A DNA stretch of 64,000 nt from a virus. Both the position numbers and the translations under genes were made by a program. The stretch's first letter is position 1, and the number at the start of each line of letters is the position of its first letter. The stretch is taken from IMG/VR virus record IMGVR_UViG_3300025195_000002; one strand, given 5' to 3'. Shown piece by piece: positions 56,030 through 64,000 of the stretch. The notes under the pieces are model-generated. The model was not told the DNA's origin. It was given only the letters and a program-made list of their open reading frames with translations, and ran no database searches.

Positions 56030-56470
56030 ATGAAGAAGTTAAAGAAAACGGCCCAATTAGTTGGTGAGTTCAATCAACTGTTTAACCGCTGTAGCATCAA
56101 ACCTCAGGACCGTCAGGCAGTAATGTGCTTGGGTATTGCGCGTTATGTAGGCTATGAGTTAGATCTCCCAACCAGTGAAGTGCATAATCCTCGCTCTTAT
56201 TTTATTGAAATGCATAAGGGTACAATGGATGAGTTTCTTTCATCTATTAATGAGCAGTTTGTTATCGATGTTGAAACAACGGCTGACCTGGCCTTTAAAA
56301 TTTGGACAATGCGTTATAACCTACTCTTTAATCCATCGTCATTGTCGTTAGAGGGATTGATGGGTCTTTGTCAGGCGAAGAAGTTTAGTGACGCCGAATA
56401 CTCTGAAAAATGGAGTGGGTTCTGTAACCAGCTTTGCGGTACGTTAGTACAATTTACCCAACCGGAGTAA
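56030..56470 (+). CDS. Conserved virion-region protein (gp85-like)
   Basis: 146 aa; AAGGA RBS; synteny. Confidence 0.65.
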   Translation: MKKLKKTAQLVGEFNQLFNRCSIKPQDRQAVMCLGIARYVGYELDLPTSEVHNPRSYFIEMHKGTMDEFLSSINEQFVIDVETTADLAFKIWTMRYNLLFNPSSLSLEGLMGLCQAKKFSDAEYSEKWSGFCNQLCGTLVQFTQPE

Positions 56471-56474
56471 TCTC

Positions 56475-57746
56475 ATGTTGATCCCATTTGATGATCCTGC
56501 TATTTTAGAGCAGGAAAGAAGTGCTAATGCGTTAATTCAGCACGCCGTCGAGGGTATCTGCTTACTTAAAGAGATTACTCAACGTCTTAATAGCGAGGGT
56601 GCGTCCCAAGAAATAGCTATTATGATTGAGTCAATTGACACAGAAGCCCTACCAGAGCGTTACCCGAAAGAAAGCTTTACTATCGACCCAACGCCTACTA
56701 ACTTGTCGATCGCCGCTGAGAGCGCCGTACAGGCCGTTATAAAGGCATTAGGTAAAGCCTCTAAGGCCGTCATTGAGTTTATCGTTAAACTTTACAAATC
56801 CATCATTGATGTCATTAGCGGTTTATTTAATAAACTAGCTTCTGTGGTCCGTGGTCAGAAGAAGGCTAAAGAGACTGAAGCCAAGAGTAATGATCTTGGT
56901 AGTAAGTTAGATGGAGAGGCTATTAAGGACTATAACCCAGAAGACGGCAGCTATGTGCTGAATGATAAAGTTGAGTTTGAGGATGGGGATTATAAACTCA
57001 CCTTACACTACGACATTATCCAAGAAGCACTATCGCCGCTGGTTGTTAAAGTCTTTGAAAATAACCTAACGCCCGGCGAACTACAACACAACATCATGGC
57101 GGCCGTACAAGATGCTAAATCTACTAATGCGCGTTATGAAGAATTTGTGGGGGCGGTTAATGCGTTTAATGAATCCCCAGAAGATAAAACTCTACAGGCA
57201 TTGGTATCATGGCTACGCAATGAAGAAGAGCGTGAACACTTCCATGACATCTATCGTATTGCAAAAGTAGTTGGGGTTAATGACTTGTCAGAGGATTTAC
57301 ATAACCTCATGGGTCATGGTCTAGGGACACTACTTCAAACACTTAAAGACGAGGATGAGGTCCGTTACGAAGGTGATGCGAGCCAGCTTGCTATTCTTAA
57401 ACGAATGGTAAGAAGTCGTTATGACCTTGAACAACTTGAGGTGTTTGGTGATTTTGAAAAGCAGGTGAAGAAACTGGACCGTGGGATTAATGGTATTAAA
57501 AAGAATACGTTTGAATTAGTAGAACGGGGCTGGGATCCTGAGCTGCGTTCACGTGTTCAACAGTCTGTTAATGTCTATTTAGAATACTTCAGGAATCGAA
57601 GTCGTTTTAATACGCAGATCATTTCAGCCTGTGCTATCATAATTCAGTCATTAGGTCGTTTTGCTGCGGCTCAGACTACGTTTGAAGGTAAACTTTACGG
57701 TGAACTCCTACGTGTTAAAGAGCAGTATGAATACAATGTAACCTAG
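56475..57746 (+). CDS. Internal head protein (gp86-like)
   Basis: SQE and AAES motifs followed by an amphipathic helix; PKESFTIDPTPTN segment. Confidence 0.68.
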   Translation: MLIPFDDPAILEQERSANALIQHAVEGICLLKEITQRLNSEGASQEIAIMIESIDTEALPERYPKESFTIDPTPTNLSIAAESAVQAVIKALGKASKAVIEFIVKLYKSIIDVISGLFNKLASVVRGQKKAKETEAKSNDLGSKLDGEAIKDYNPEDGSYVLNDKVEFEDGDYKLTLHYDIIQEALSPLVVKVFENNLTPGELQHNIMAAVQDAKSTNARYEEFVGAVNAFNESPEDKTLQALVSWLRNEEEREHFHDIYRIAKVVGVNDLSEDLHNLMGHGLGTLLQTLKDEDEVRYEGDASQLAILKRMVRSRYDLEQLEVFGDFEKQVKKLDRGINGIKKNTFELVERGWDPELRSRVQQSVNVYLEYFRNRSRFNTQIISACAIIIQSLGRFAAAQTTFEGKLYGELLRVKEQYEYNVT

Positions 57747-57799
57747 GCGCATAAAAGCCTAACCACCTAGCCGTGAGGCCGGGTGGTTAGCTTATGCCG
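57747..57799. terminator. Bidirectional GCGCATA-hairpin-TATGCCG element
   Basis: CTAACCACC/GGTGGTTAG stem between convergent genes; TATGCCG at 57793-57799. Confidence 0.7.
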
Positions 57800-57800
57800 T

Positions 57801-60692
57801 TTATTGATGTAAAACAAAGTTAATGGTGATGTCATCCACAACAGTTAATGTACCATCAGTAGACAGTGAGAGACGGTTAGCAATAGTACTAACTGCATTT
57901 ACGTCAAGTACTGTATAGGCCTCTATGTTATTAGAAGGTCCCAAACCATCAATGACAACTGAAATGACTTCACTCCCTCCAGCTTCTAACAGCGCTTGTT
58001 CAATACCTAATACGGTAACCGTATCGTTATCTAAGGCCTCTGCTATCAGCGTACGAGTTTGTCTTTCAATAGCGCTACGTAAATCATTATCACGACTACC
58101 ATCAGTGGTCATGTAGTAAGTTACAACAAAGCTTTGTGCAGCGGGTATCGTCTGACTAATATTGTCAGCAACCGTAATAGTGATGTCACCTAATGTCTGG
58201 CGAGGAGCAAAGCTAATATCCGTACGTTCTAATAGAAGTCCGTCTAGGCTGGCAATATCCTCTTCCAGGTACTCAATGATAGTGTCTGGAACACCATTAC
58301 GATAGTTAACGACATCCGTTGCTGTAGCAAAACGGTATTTTGCATCAAAGCACACCAGAGTAATGATGTTATTTACTGACCGCGCATTGGCTACAATAGG
58401 GTTACCATCACTGTCTAATATGGTCTCCCCCGCTCTATGTCGAACGATAGGTTCTCCGTCTTTCAAGACTAAATCGCCCTGATTATGTAGTTTGTTAAAG
58501 ACAACGTCCCCATCACCAGTAACCGTATAGACGCGTGTTCCAAACTCATCAGTTTCGTAAACGTCTTTGTCGTACGTTACATAGACGGGTTCGTCGTAGG
58601 TAGCGTATCGTAAAGAGGAAACAATTGAACGTGAATCGGACCGCAGTAAAGTCATAGCGGTACCAAACTTCAAAGTAATCCCTTCTTTTAATAATCCCAC
58701 ATAACTACTGGTGATCATGTTTGTATTGATCTGTCCGGTAAACCCATTAACTTCCTGATTGGTAGGTTGGGTATCCGTTAAGATATACGTAAGCGACAGC
58801 TCGGTTTCAAGGTCAATATAGTAGACTTGTAGATCTGACATATACTGTTTGAACCCGGTCATCGCAATGCGGTCTTCCGACGTTACATCAAAATTAGTTG
58901 TTAAGACAAACTCATATAACGGGTACCCGTCCGCATATCCCAAGAACGTTCCAAACAACACACTTAAGTTAGTATCCCCGGGTGGGTTAAAACCAAGTTG
59001 TAAGGTTAACTGGGTGATATCGATGTCATCACCCATCTCACTAGTTTCAACAGTCACTAGCAACCGATAACCATTCCTTACTCGTTCAAATGACAAAGAA
59101 CGGGTAGAGGCCTGGGCAGTGAGCTGATTGTTATCTTCATAAAACCGACGAGAAACAATCTCGGGGTTATCAAGATAATACGGACGACAATCAAACGCAT
59201 TCTCGGTGGTATCCAATACATAATGGAACGGTGTATAGAGGAACGTGTTATTGTTCATTGCCGAGATTAATGAATCCGACGCCATGTTAGTGTAGATTGT
59301 CTGCTCTTCTGAACTCAGATATTCTAACAACCCGTCCTTTAAACGGTAAAGAGTGTCTGGTCCAATGGTCAATCGATTACCGTTATCATAGCACGTATTT
59401 AACTCAGCCAACGCTGCCCGATTAACCTGGATGGTGCGAGTAATAGTGCCAATTGGTGATGTCAGCGTGTTTAAATCCGGAGAAGGTAATAAACGCGTGG
59501 CTTGGTATATACGGTCAGTAACATTATCCAGTCGTTTAACTACCTTGTAGCCAAGATCACTTAATGTCGTATCTAACGCACTGTCGGTGATAGGTACGTT
59601 CTGACGATTGTCGTTATAAATCACTCGCTGTTTTAGCTCATCGATACTTAAAGCCGATGCGCCATTTCGTGTTGTATCCTGAGAGAATATAGACACATTC
59701 GCAAGAGAACTCAACGGTGCCACGTACTTTGCGTTGGGTACGTTATCAATGTCGCGCCACTCAACTGCATATTCACTGGTTGGAAAGTTATCCAGTATTA
59801 ACGATATATCGCCCTCGGTAGTATAAATATCTACCCGGATATTAGACTGTAACAATCCATTGGTGTAGTATATTTCTGGTATCGTTACGGTTAATGTCTG
59901 ATCGGCAACGCGCAGTAAGGCTGTTACTGTGTCACTAGGAAATACCTGATCCGAATGCGTAGTCGATACCTCGGTATAATTACCAGCCCCGTCACCCATC
60001 CATACACGGGCATAATAAAAATTATCATTGAACGTGAAACGCTGCGTGAGACTGGTAGATACCGTAGTAGCAAAGTACTTCGGTGTTAATCGAAACTGGA
60101 ACACGTCGACGTCAATGCGTAGATAGTCAATACCATCAATAGTTACAATGGCGTTTTCTACTACGTTGCTCGATAGTGTCTGTAGAGGACTTTCGATATC
60201 GGTATCGTATAACACCTGGATAGCGTTGTTTTCCAATACGCGTAGTTCGATTGGGTAGTGTATACCAAAGAACGTTTCTGATATAACAAACACTGTATTG
60301 CGAGGAATAGTTATCTTTCTCGTATTAGCGGTTCCAGTTGCGGTAGATTGTGCAACAATTTCCTCTTTAGAGAACAGTAACGTAAATGTAGCAGAAGACG
60401 GCATGGCAAACCGACCGATGTAATCTTCATCTGCCATATGGCGATAAAGGTCTTCCTCACTCTCTGCTAGTGCGGGATATAACTTGCGCATACTGATATC
60501 GTTTTGAACACCGGCCGCTGCTGCTTGAACCGCAGAGGCTTCTAATAAGAAGATAAAGGGGTTTGTTGGATCACTTAAATCATACTCCCCGTTGTATGCC
60601 TCTTCCAATGCATCTAAAGTAACCCGTTGAATATTACCTGGGTCAAAACGGTAACGTGAGAGTTGAGTCATGACTTTGTTAAGCGTTGTCAT
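57801..60692 (-). CDS. Large baseplate protein (phiKZ gp87-like; wedge/J-like)
   Basis: 963 aa; DPTNPFIFLLE, LYPALA..LYRHM and GASALSIDELKQR; synteny. Confidence 0.7.
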   Translation of the reverse strand: MTTLNKVMTQLSRYRFDPGNIQRVTLDALEEAYNGEYDLSDPTNPFIFLLEASAVQAAAAGVQNDISMRKLYPALAESEEDLYRHMADEDYIGRFAMPSSATFTLLFSKEEIVAQSTATGTANTRKITIPRNTVFVISETFFGIHYPIELRVLENNAIQVLYDTDIESPLQTLSSNVVENAIVTIDGIDYLRIDVDVFQFRLTPKYFATTVSTSLTQRFTFNDNFYYARVWMGDGAGNYTEVSTTHSDQVFPSDTVTALLRVADQTLTVTIPEIYYTNGLLQSNIRVDIYTTEGDISLILDNFPTSEYAVEWRDIDNVPNAKYVAPLSSLANVSIFSQDTTRNGASALSIDELKQRVIYNDNRQNVPITDSALDTTLSDLGYKVVKRLDNVTDRIYQATRLLPSPDLNTLTSPIGTITRTIQVNRAALAELNTCYDNGNRLTIGPDTLYRLKDGLLEYLSSEEQTIYTNMASDSLISAMNNNTFLYTPFHYVLDTTENAFDCRPYYLDNPEIVSRRFYEDNNQLTAQASTRSLSFERVRNGYRLLVTVETSEMGDDIDITQLTLQLGFNPPGDTNLSVLFGTFLGYADGYPLYEFVLTTNFDVTSEDRIAMTGFKQYMSDLQVYYIDLETELSLTYILTDTQPTNQEVNGFTGQINTNMITSSYVGLLKEGITLKFGTAMTLLRSDSRSIVSSLRYATYDEPVYVTYDKDVYETDEFGTRVYTVTGDGDVVFNKLHNQGDLVLKDGEPIVRHRAGETILDSDGNPIVANARSVNNIITLVCFDAKYRFATATDVVNYRNGVPDTIIEYLEEDIASLDGLLLERTDISFAPRQTLGDITITVADNISQTIPAAQSFVVTYYMTTDGSRDNDLRSAIERQTRTLIAEALDNDTVTVLGIEQALLEAGGSEVISVVIDGLGPSNNIEAYTVLDVNAVSTIANRLSLSTDGTLTVVDDITINFVLHQ

Positions 60693-60695
60693 CTA

Positions 60696-61724
60696 TTATA
60701 CTCCAGATAAATTAACTTGTTCGTTAAGGGTTAGGTTATAGGTATCGTTAGGTACCCACCATTCTAATTCATTGTCTTCTGCAATGCGAGGATAACCATT
60801 GTAGTTAAAGATAGTTAGTTCTGATTTACTTAACTTCTTAAACAATTGATGGCGGGTTTTATCGCCCATCTGGGGATTGAATAACGTCACCGTTGCATTA
60901 AATTCTTGAATACTAATTGGGTCGTTATATTCAACACCCATACACTGAAAAGGTATAGACAGCTGTTCATTATCGTTCGCCAAAGGGCTATCAGTGCTAT
61001 AGTTAAAGGCAGCACCCATAGGGACTGCCGTTGGAAATGCTGCGCCGCAGTTAGCTATTTTTTGAACATAGGTTCGCGTTGGATCCAATACGAGTCGGTA
61101 GATGCGGGTCATGTAGTCAATCTCGTTCTCGACAATCATATCCGGATAAGGTACCAACTCACCACGACTTACGGCCATGGCATAATGTGTCCATGCGAAA
61201 AATAATGCTGAGATGGGATCACCTATTATATTGCGGAAGTTTGCAGTTAACGAAAACGTACCGTAATTGCGCGGTATGTCATCAACCATTGTCCAACTTT
61301 CTTTTGCTAACCCTTCTTGTGAGGTATAAGTATCAACGTCCACATCAGGCCAACCACTGATAGACAGTAAGTTATTCGTTAGCATTGGAATAAAAGCAAA
61401 ACTATCATCTACCAAGCCAGGTGCCCTAACTGAACGGGGTGTTTTTGAACCGTCTGGATCTAGCAAAACACGTATCAAACGCTGTTGCGTTAACTCTGAT
61501 TGAGTAAGGAGCGGGGCAAGTATACGACTAGCGCTTAAGTTATCGTATGACAAATTTAATCTAGGCCGTGTGAAAAACGTCAGGCCGTGATTATCCGTAT
61601 TCTGGGTAACCGGGTTCCCAACGCCTCGGTGATTGATGCCTTTATGGACATTCGTTGCTGTTGCGGATAAATTCCCAAGCCCACTCCCTTTCGAGATAAG
61701 GTTAATCGTTTCACGATTTGACAT
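60696..61724 (-). CDS. Virion structural protein, possible tail-tube-like baseplate component (gp88-like)
   Basis: 342 aa; GLTFFTRPRLNL, YMTRIYRLVLD and CGAAFPT. Confidence 0.65.
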   Translation of the reverse strand: MSNRETINLISKGSGLGNLSATATNVHKGINHRGVGNPVTQNTDNHGLTFFTRPRLNLSYDNLSASRILAPLLTQSELTQQRLIRVLLDPDGSKTPRSVRAPGLVDDSFAFIPMLTNNLLSISGWPDVDVDTYTSQEGLAKESWTMVDDIPRNYGTFSLTANFRNIIGDPISALFFAWTHYAMAVSRGELVPYPDMIVENEIDYMTRIYRLVLDPTRTYVQKIANCGAAFPTAVPMGAAFNYSTDSPLANDNEQLSIPFQCMGVEYNDPISIQEFNATVTLFNPQMGDKTRHQLFKKLSKSELTIFNYNGYPRIAEDNELEWWVPNDTYNLTLNEQVNLSGV

Positions 61725-61757
61725 TCTAATTACTCTCCCATTATAGGACTTGTTATC

Positions 61758-62807
61758 ATGATTAAAGACACGGCCGATACCACTATATCAGTGGTGAGCA
61801 AACTAGCCGGTTTAATTGAATCTGCTAAAGGCTCAACCTTAACTGAGGTCACTCGCTCTACACGCGTCGAACCCATCGTGATGATGGAATCTCGTCTGCG
61901 TAATGAACCGTTTATGACTGATGTACTTCAAACACTTTCATCTATCTTTGCCGGCTATTATCTACAAGCCGTAGCAGTGCTGACGAAAGTTAATGGCGTT
62001 GAAGTTGTAAAAACATTAGACCGTTTGTCCACAGAACGTTCACCGATTGATTCTATCGGTATTGAAGCATACAAGCATGGATTACCTAACTATGATTCAA
62101 AAACCGTAGGGTCGGTCGCTGTGTCTTTGCTACCAGGTGTGGAAAGCCAATCGCTAAATGAACTGACAACCGTTAATAATTTAGCAGTTGGTAAGCTGTT
62201 CGAGGTAACTGTAGGTGTGGGTGATCAAAAGGTCACAATTCCGATGTCGATTCGTTTGAATGTAAAAGACATCAACACCCAAGGTATGGTTCATATTTTA
62301 GCCGCCGGGGTTAAGGATAACAGCGCTAAGGAGCGTTATCATCGTTGGAGAGCAGGTGAGTTAACGTTCATCAAAGATCTACTGTTATCTCAAGACATCA
62401 TCGATGCGCGCAAACAGGCGATGCTCGAAGACAAAACAAATACGTTGGCCCGCATTGAGAGTCGTCGTAACAAAAACCGTCTCTCAGGTATCCTATCAGG
62501 GAAAGCATCATTAAACGATGCATCAGGTATCGTTGTTGTATCTGCTGAAACCGCAGAATCTATCGAGTCTGAAATCGGTGGGAAATTAAGTAAGTTTAAG
62601 CACCGTGAGGCGTTGTTTAAAAATGCCTTCATCATGCTAATGGCTGTCATCGACACCGAGTGGGAGCGTGTTACGATCTACCACCGTGGTATCGAAGATG
62701 AAACAGACTTAAGTTACCGTGATCTTCAGACCGCCAACAAACGTTCTGGCCCTGACGTCATTGAATTGCTTAAAGCATTTCAAGCAGGTAACGCACCTCG
62801 TTTATAA
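61758..62807 (+). CDS. Virion head protein (gp89-like)
   Basis: 349 aa; TRVEPIV, ERYHRWRAGELTFIKDLL and PDVIELLKAF. Confidence 0.7.
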   Translation: MIKDTADTTISVVSKLAGLIESAKGSTLTEVTRSTRVEPIVMMESRLRNEPFMTDVLQTLSSIFAGYYLQAVAVLTKVNGVEVVKTLDRLSTERSPIDSIGIEAYKHGLPNYDSKTVGSVAVSLLPGVESQSLNELTTVNNLAVGKLFEVTVGVGDQKVTIPMSIRLNVKDINTQGMVHILAAGVKDNSAKERYHRWRAGELTFIKDLLLSQDIIDARKQAMLEDKTNTLARIESRRNKNRLSGILSGKASLNDASGIVVVSAETAESIESEIGGKLSKFKHREALFKNAFIMLMAVIDTEWERVTIYHRGIEDETDLSYRDLQTANKRSGPDVIELLKAFQAGNAPRL

Positions 62808-62819
62808 GGAAACGATTTT

Positions 62820-63707
62820 ATGAAACTTACAGCCCTTTTTGCCTCTCTCCTTCCGTCTACCTCTAAAGAGACGCTACTAGGGGACATTAATCTGATACGT
62901 GAATCGATTAACGTCTATACGTTACCGGTTTATAAAACGGCTTCTGATATGGCACGCAATGCACCGCTTAAAGGTGAGATTGCCGAGATGTTGGAAAAGA
63001 AAGCCAAACGTGAACTTGATCTGTATAAAGACAATGCATTACAGACAATCCACACGGCGTTATCTCGAGCAGTGGTTAACCTGTCTGTGGTTGAAGATCT
63101 AGTTCGTAAGAATGTTGAACAAGACAGTCTAATGCGTGATGCGATGACTTATACCCAGGCAAGCATTTTACAATACATCCAAGTGGTGCGTTTTTGTTCA
63201 AGCTTTGCACGCCGTCTACTATTAGTAATGACTGAACAATCTGCTAATGTGTTATCGGACGAGTATAGTAAATCACGTGAGCGTGAGTTGGACTATGTAA
63301 AACAGTACATGGACGGCTTCCTCCGTGGAATCAATGCGGTAGGTGGTAAGAAACAGGATACAGTCGAAGCGTTTGAGAAGATTCCTGATATATTATTGGA
63401 TCCTGAAACGGTTGATGTCACCAAACAAACGGTTGGTATTCGTCGCATCGACCCGTTTAAGTTTGATCTGATCCCTTATCGTTGGAACCCTATCTACCAC
63501 TTGCGCATGGCCATTACTAATTGGCAAGTTCAAAATGCGAAGTTAGCACAGGAAGAACTGGAATCGTTAGAACTTCGGTTACTTCATCTTAAACAACGAC
63601 GTGACGGTAAAGAAAATGCATCCATCGAACAACAAATCAACCACACTCAGGCACGCATCGACAAGTTGCGCTACAAACTCCATCGCGATGAGCAGAAGGC
63701 TGCCTAG
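62820..63707 (+). CDS. Virion head protein (gp90-like)
   Basis: 295 aa; IDPFKFDLIPYRWNPIYHLRM with a C-terminal coiled coil. Confidence 0.7.
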   Translation: MKLTALFASLLPSTSKETLLGDINLIRESINVYTLPVYKTASDMARNAPLKGEIAEMLEKKAKRELDLYKDNALQTIHTALSRAVVNLSVVEDLVRKNVEQDSLMRDAMTYTQASILQYIQVVRFCSSFARRLLLVMTEQSANVLSDEYSKSRERELDYVKQYMDGFLRGINAVGGKKQDTVEAFEKIPDILLDPETVDVTKQTVGIRRIDPFKFDLIPYRWNPIYHLRMAITNWQVQNAKLAQEELESLELRLLHLKQRRDGKENASIEQQINHTQARIDKLRYKLHRDEQKAA

Positions 63708-64000
63708 TCGTCCACGCAACTATCGTAACTATGAGTCGGCCTGTTTTCAAAGTGGAATGGTTCAGCCATTCCTTAATGATAATAGCGAAACCTATTACAG
63801 TTCTGAAGATATCCACAATACTCTTTTGGGTTTTATCGAAGCTGTAAAATATCGTAAGACTGATAAGGTCCCTATGGATATGGTTAACGATGTGGTCAAA
63901 TATGCTATTTGGTTGACATCAGGTCAGCGTTTCTACGACCTACTTATCGCACAATGTGATAATGGTCAATTGAAAGATCAGACGCGAGACTTCTTGGTTG
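63688..64000 (+). CDS. Partial conserved protein (gp91-like); runs off the window
   Basis: Hand translation from ATG 63688: MSRRLPSRPRNYRNYESACFQSGMVQPFLND...; open to the end of the window. Confidence 0.6.
   Translation, partial: MSRRLPSRPRNYRNYESACFQSGMVQPFLNDNSETYYSSEDIHNTLLGFIEAVKYRKTDKVPMDMVNDVVKYAIWLTSGQRFYDLLIAQCDNGQLKDQTRDFLV

Noticed and set aside
1072-63102. Many antisense or alternate-frame ORFs of 60-145 aa (e.g. 1072-1503, 2478-2846, 31018-31362, 45954-46376, 53347-53664)
   Set aside because: They lie wholly over well-supported genes and show no RBS or motif; treated as shadows.
1-64000. tRNA, rRNA or CRISPR arrays
   Set aside because: No cloverleaf with T-loop and CCA, and no regularly spaced direct repeats, were seen by eye. 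The hairpin-TATGCCG elements are dispersed, not arrayed.
1-64000. Host assignment (e.g. Vibrio or another marine gammaproteobacterium)
   Set aside because: AT-richness and the accessory genes are suggestive only; nothing in the window identifies the host.

Overview
This 64-kb window is from a nucleus-forming jumbo phage (phiKZ-like, Chimalliviridae); the host cannot be determined from the sequence. It holds the core block in near-phiKZ order. From left to right: a partial conserved virion gene, the tubulin PhuZ, a tandem array of nine small similar-looking ORFs, the polymerase half of a split family-B DNA polymerase, and the nuclear shell protein chimallin. Next comes the non-virion RNAP beta' N-terminal subunit, interrupted inside its catalytic NADFD|GD motif by a group I intron (17632-19079) that carries an HNH endonuclease; its 62-codon second exon (19080-19268) is missing from the ORF track. 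Then an SbcD-like nuclease, ChmC, the sigma-like gp68, the importer PicA/Imp1, nvRNAP beta and beta' subunits, an SF2 helicase, a virion-RNAP beta' subunit, the exonuclease half of the polymerase, and head and baseplate genes. Accessory genes include a proteasome/HslV-like Ntn hydrolase, free-standing and degenerate HNHs, an ankyrin-like repeat protein, a transglutaminase-like protease, a macrodomain, and a lipoprotein lytic transglycosylase with a holin-like neighbour. Most notable by-eye observations: a recurrent intergenic 'hairpin + TATGCCG' element that is mirrored at convergent gene pairs; an extended early-promoter motif RACACCTAYATTAY; two candidate small RNAs; an in-frame amber stop inside a head-protein gene; and shared G/N/Q/W-rich tails on nucleus-associated proteins. 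No tRNA, rRNA or CRISPR array was seen. All phiKZ gene numbers come from recalled synteny and motifs, not from database searches.
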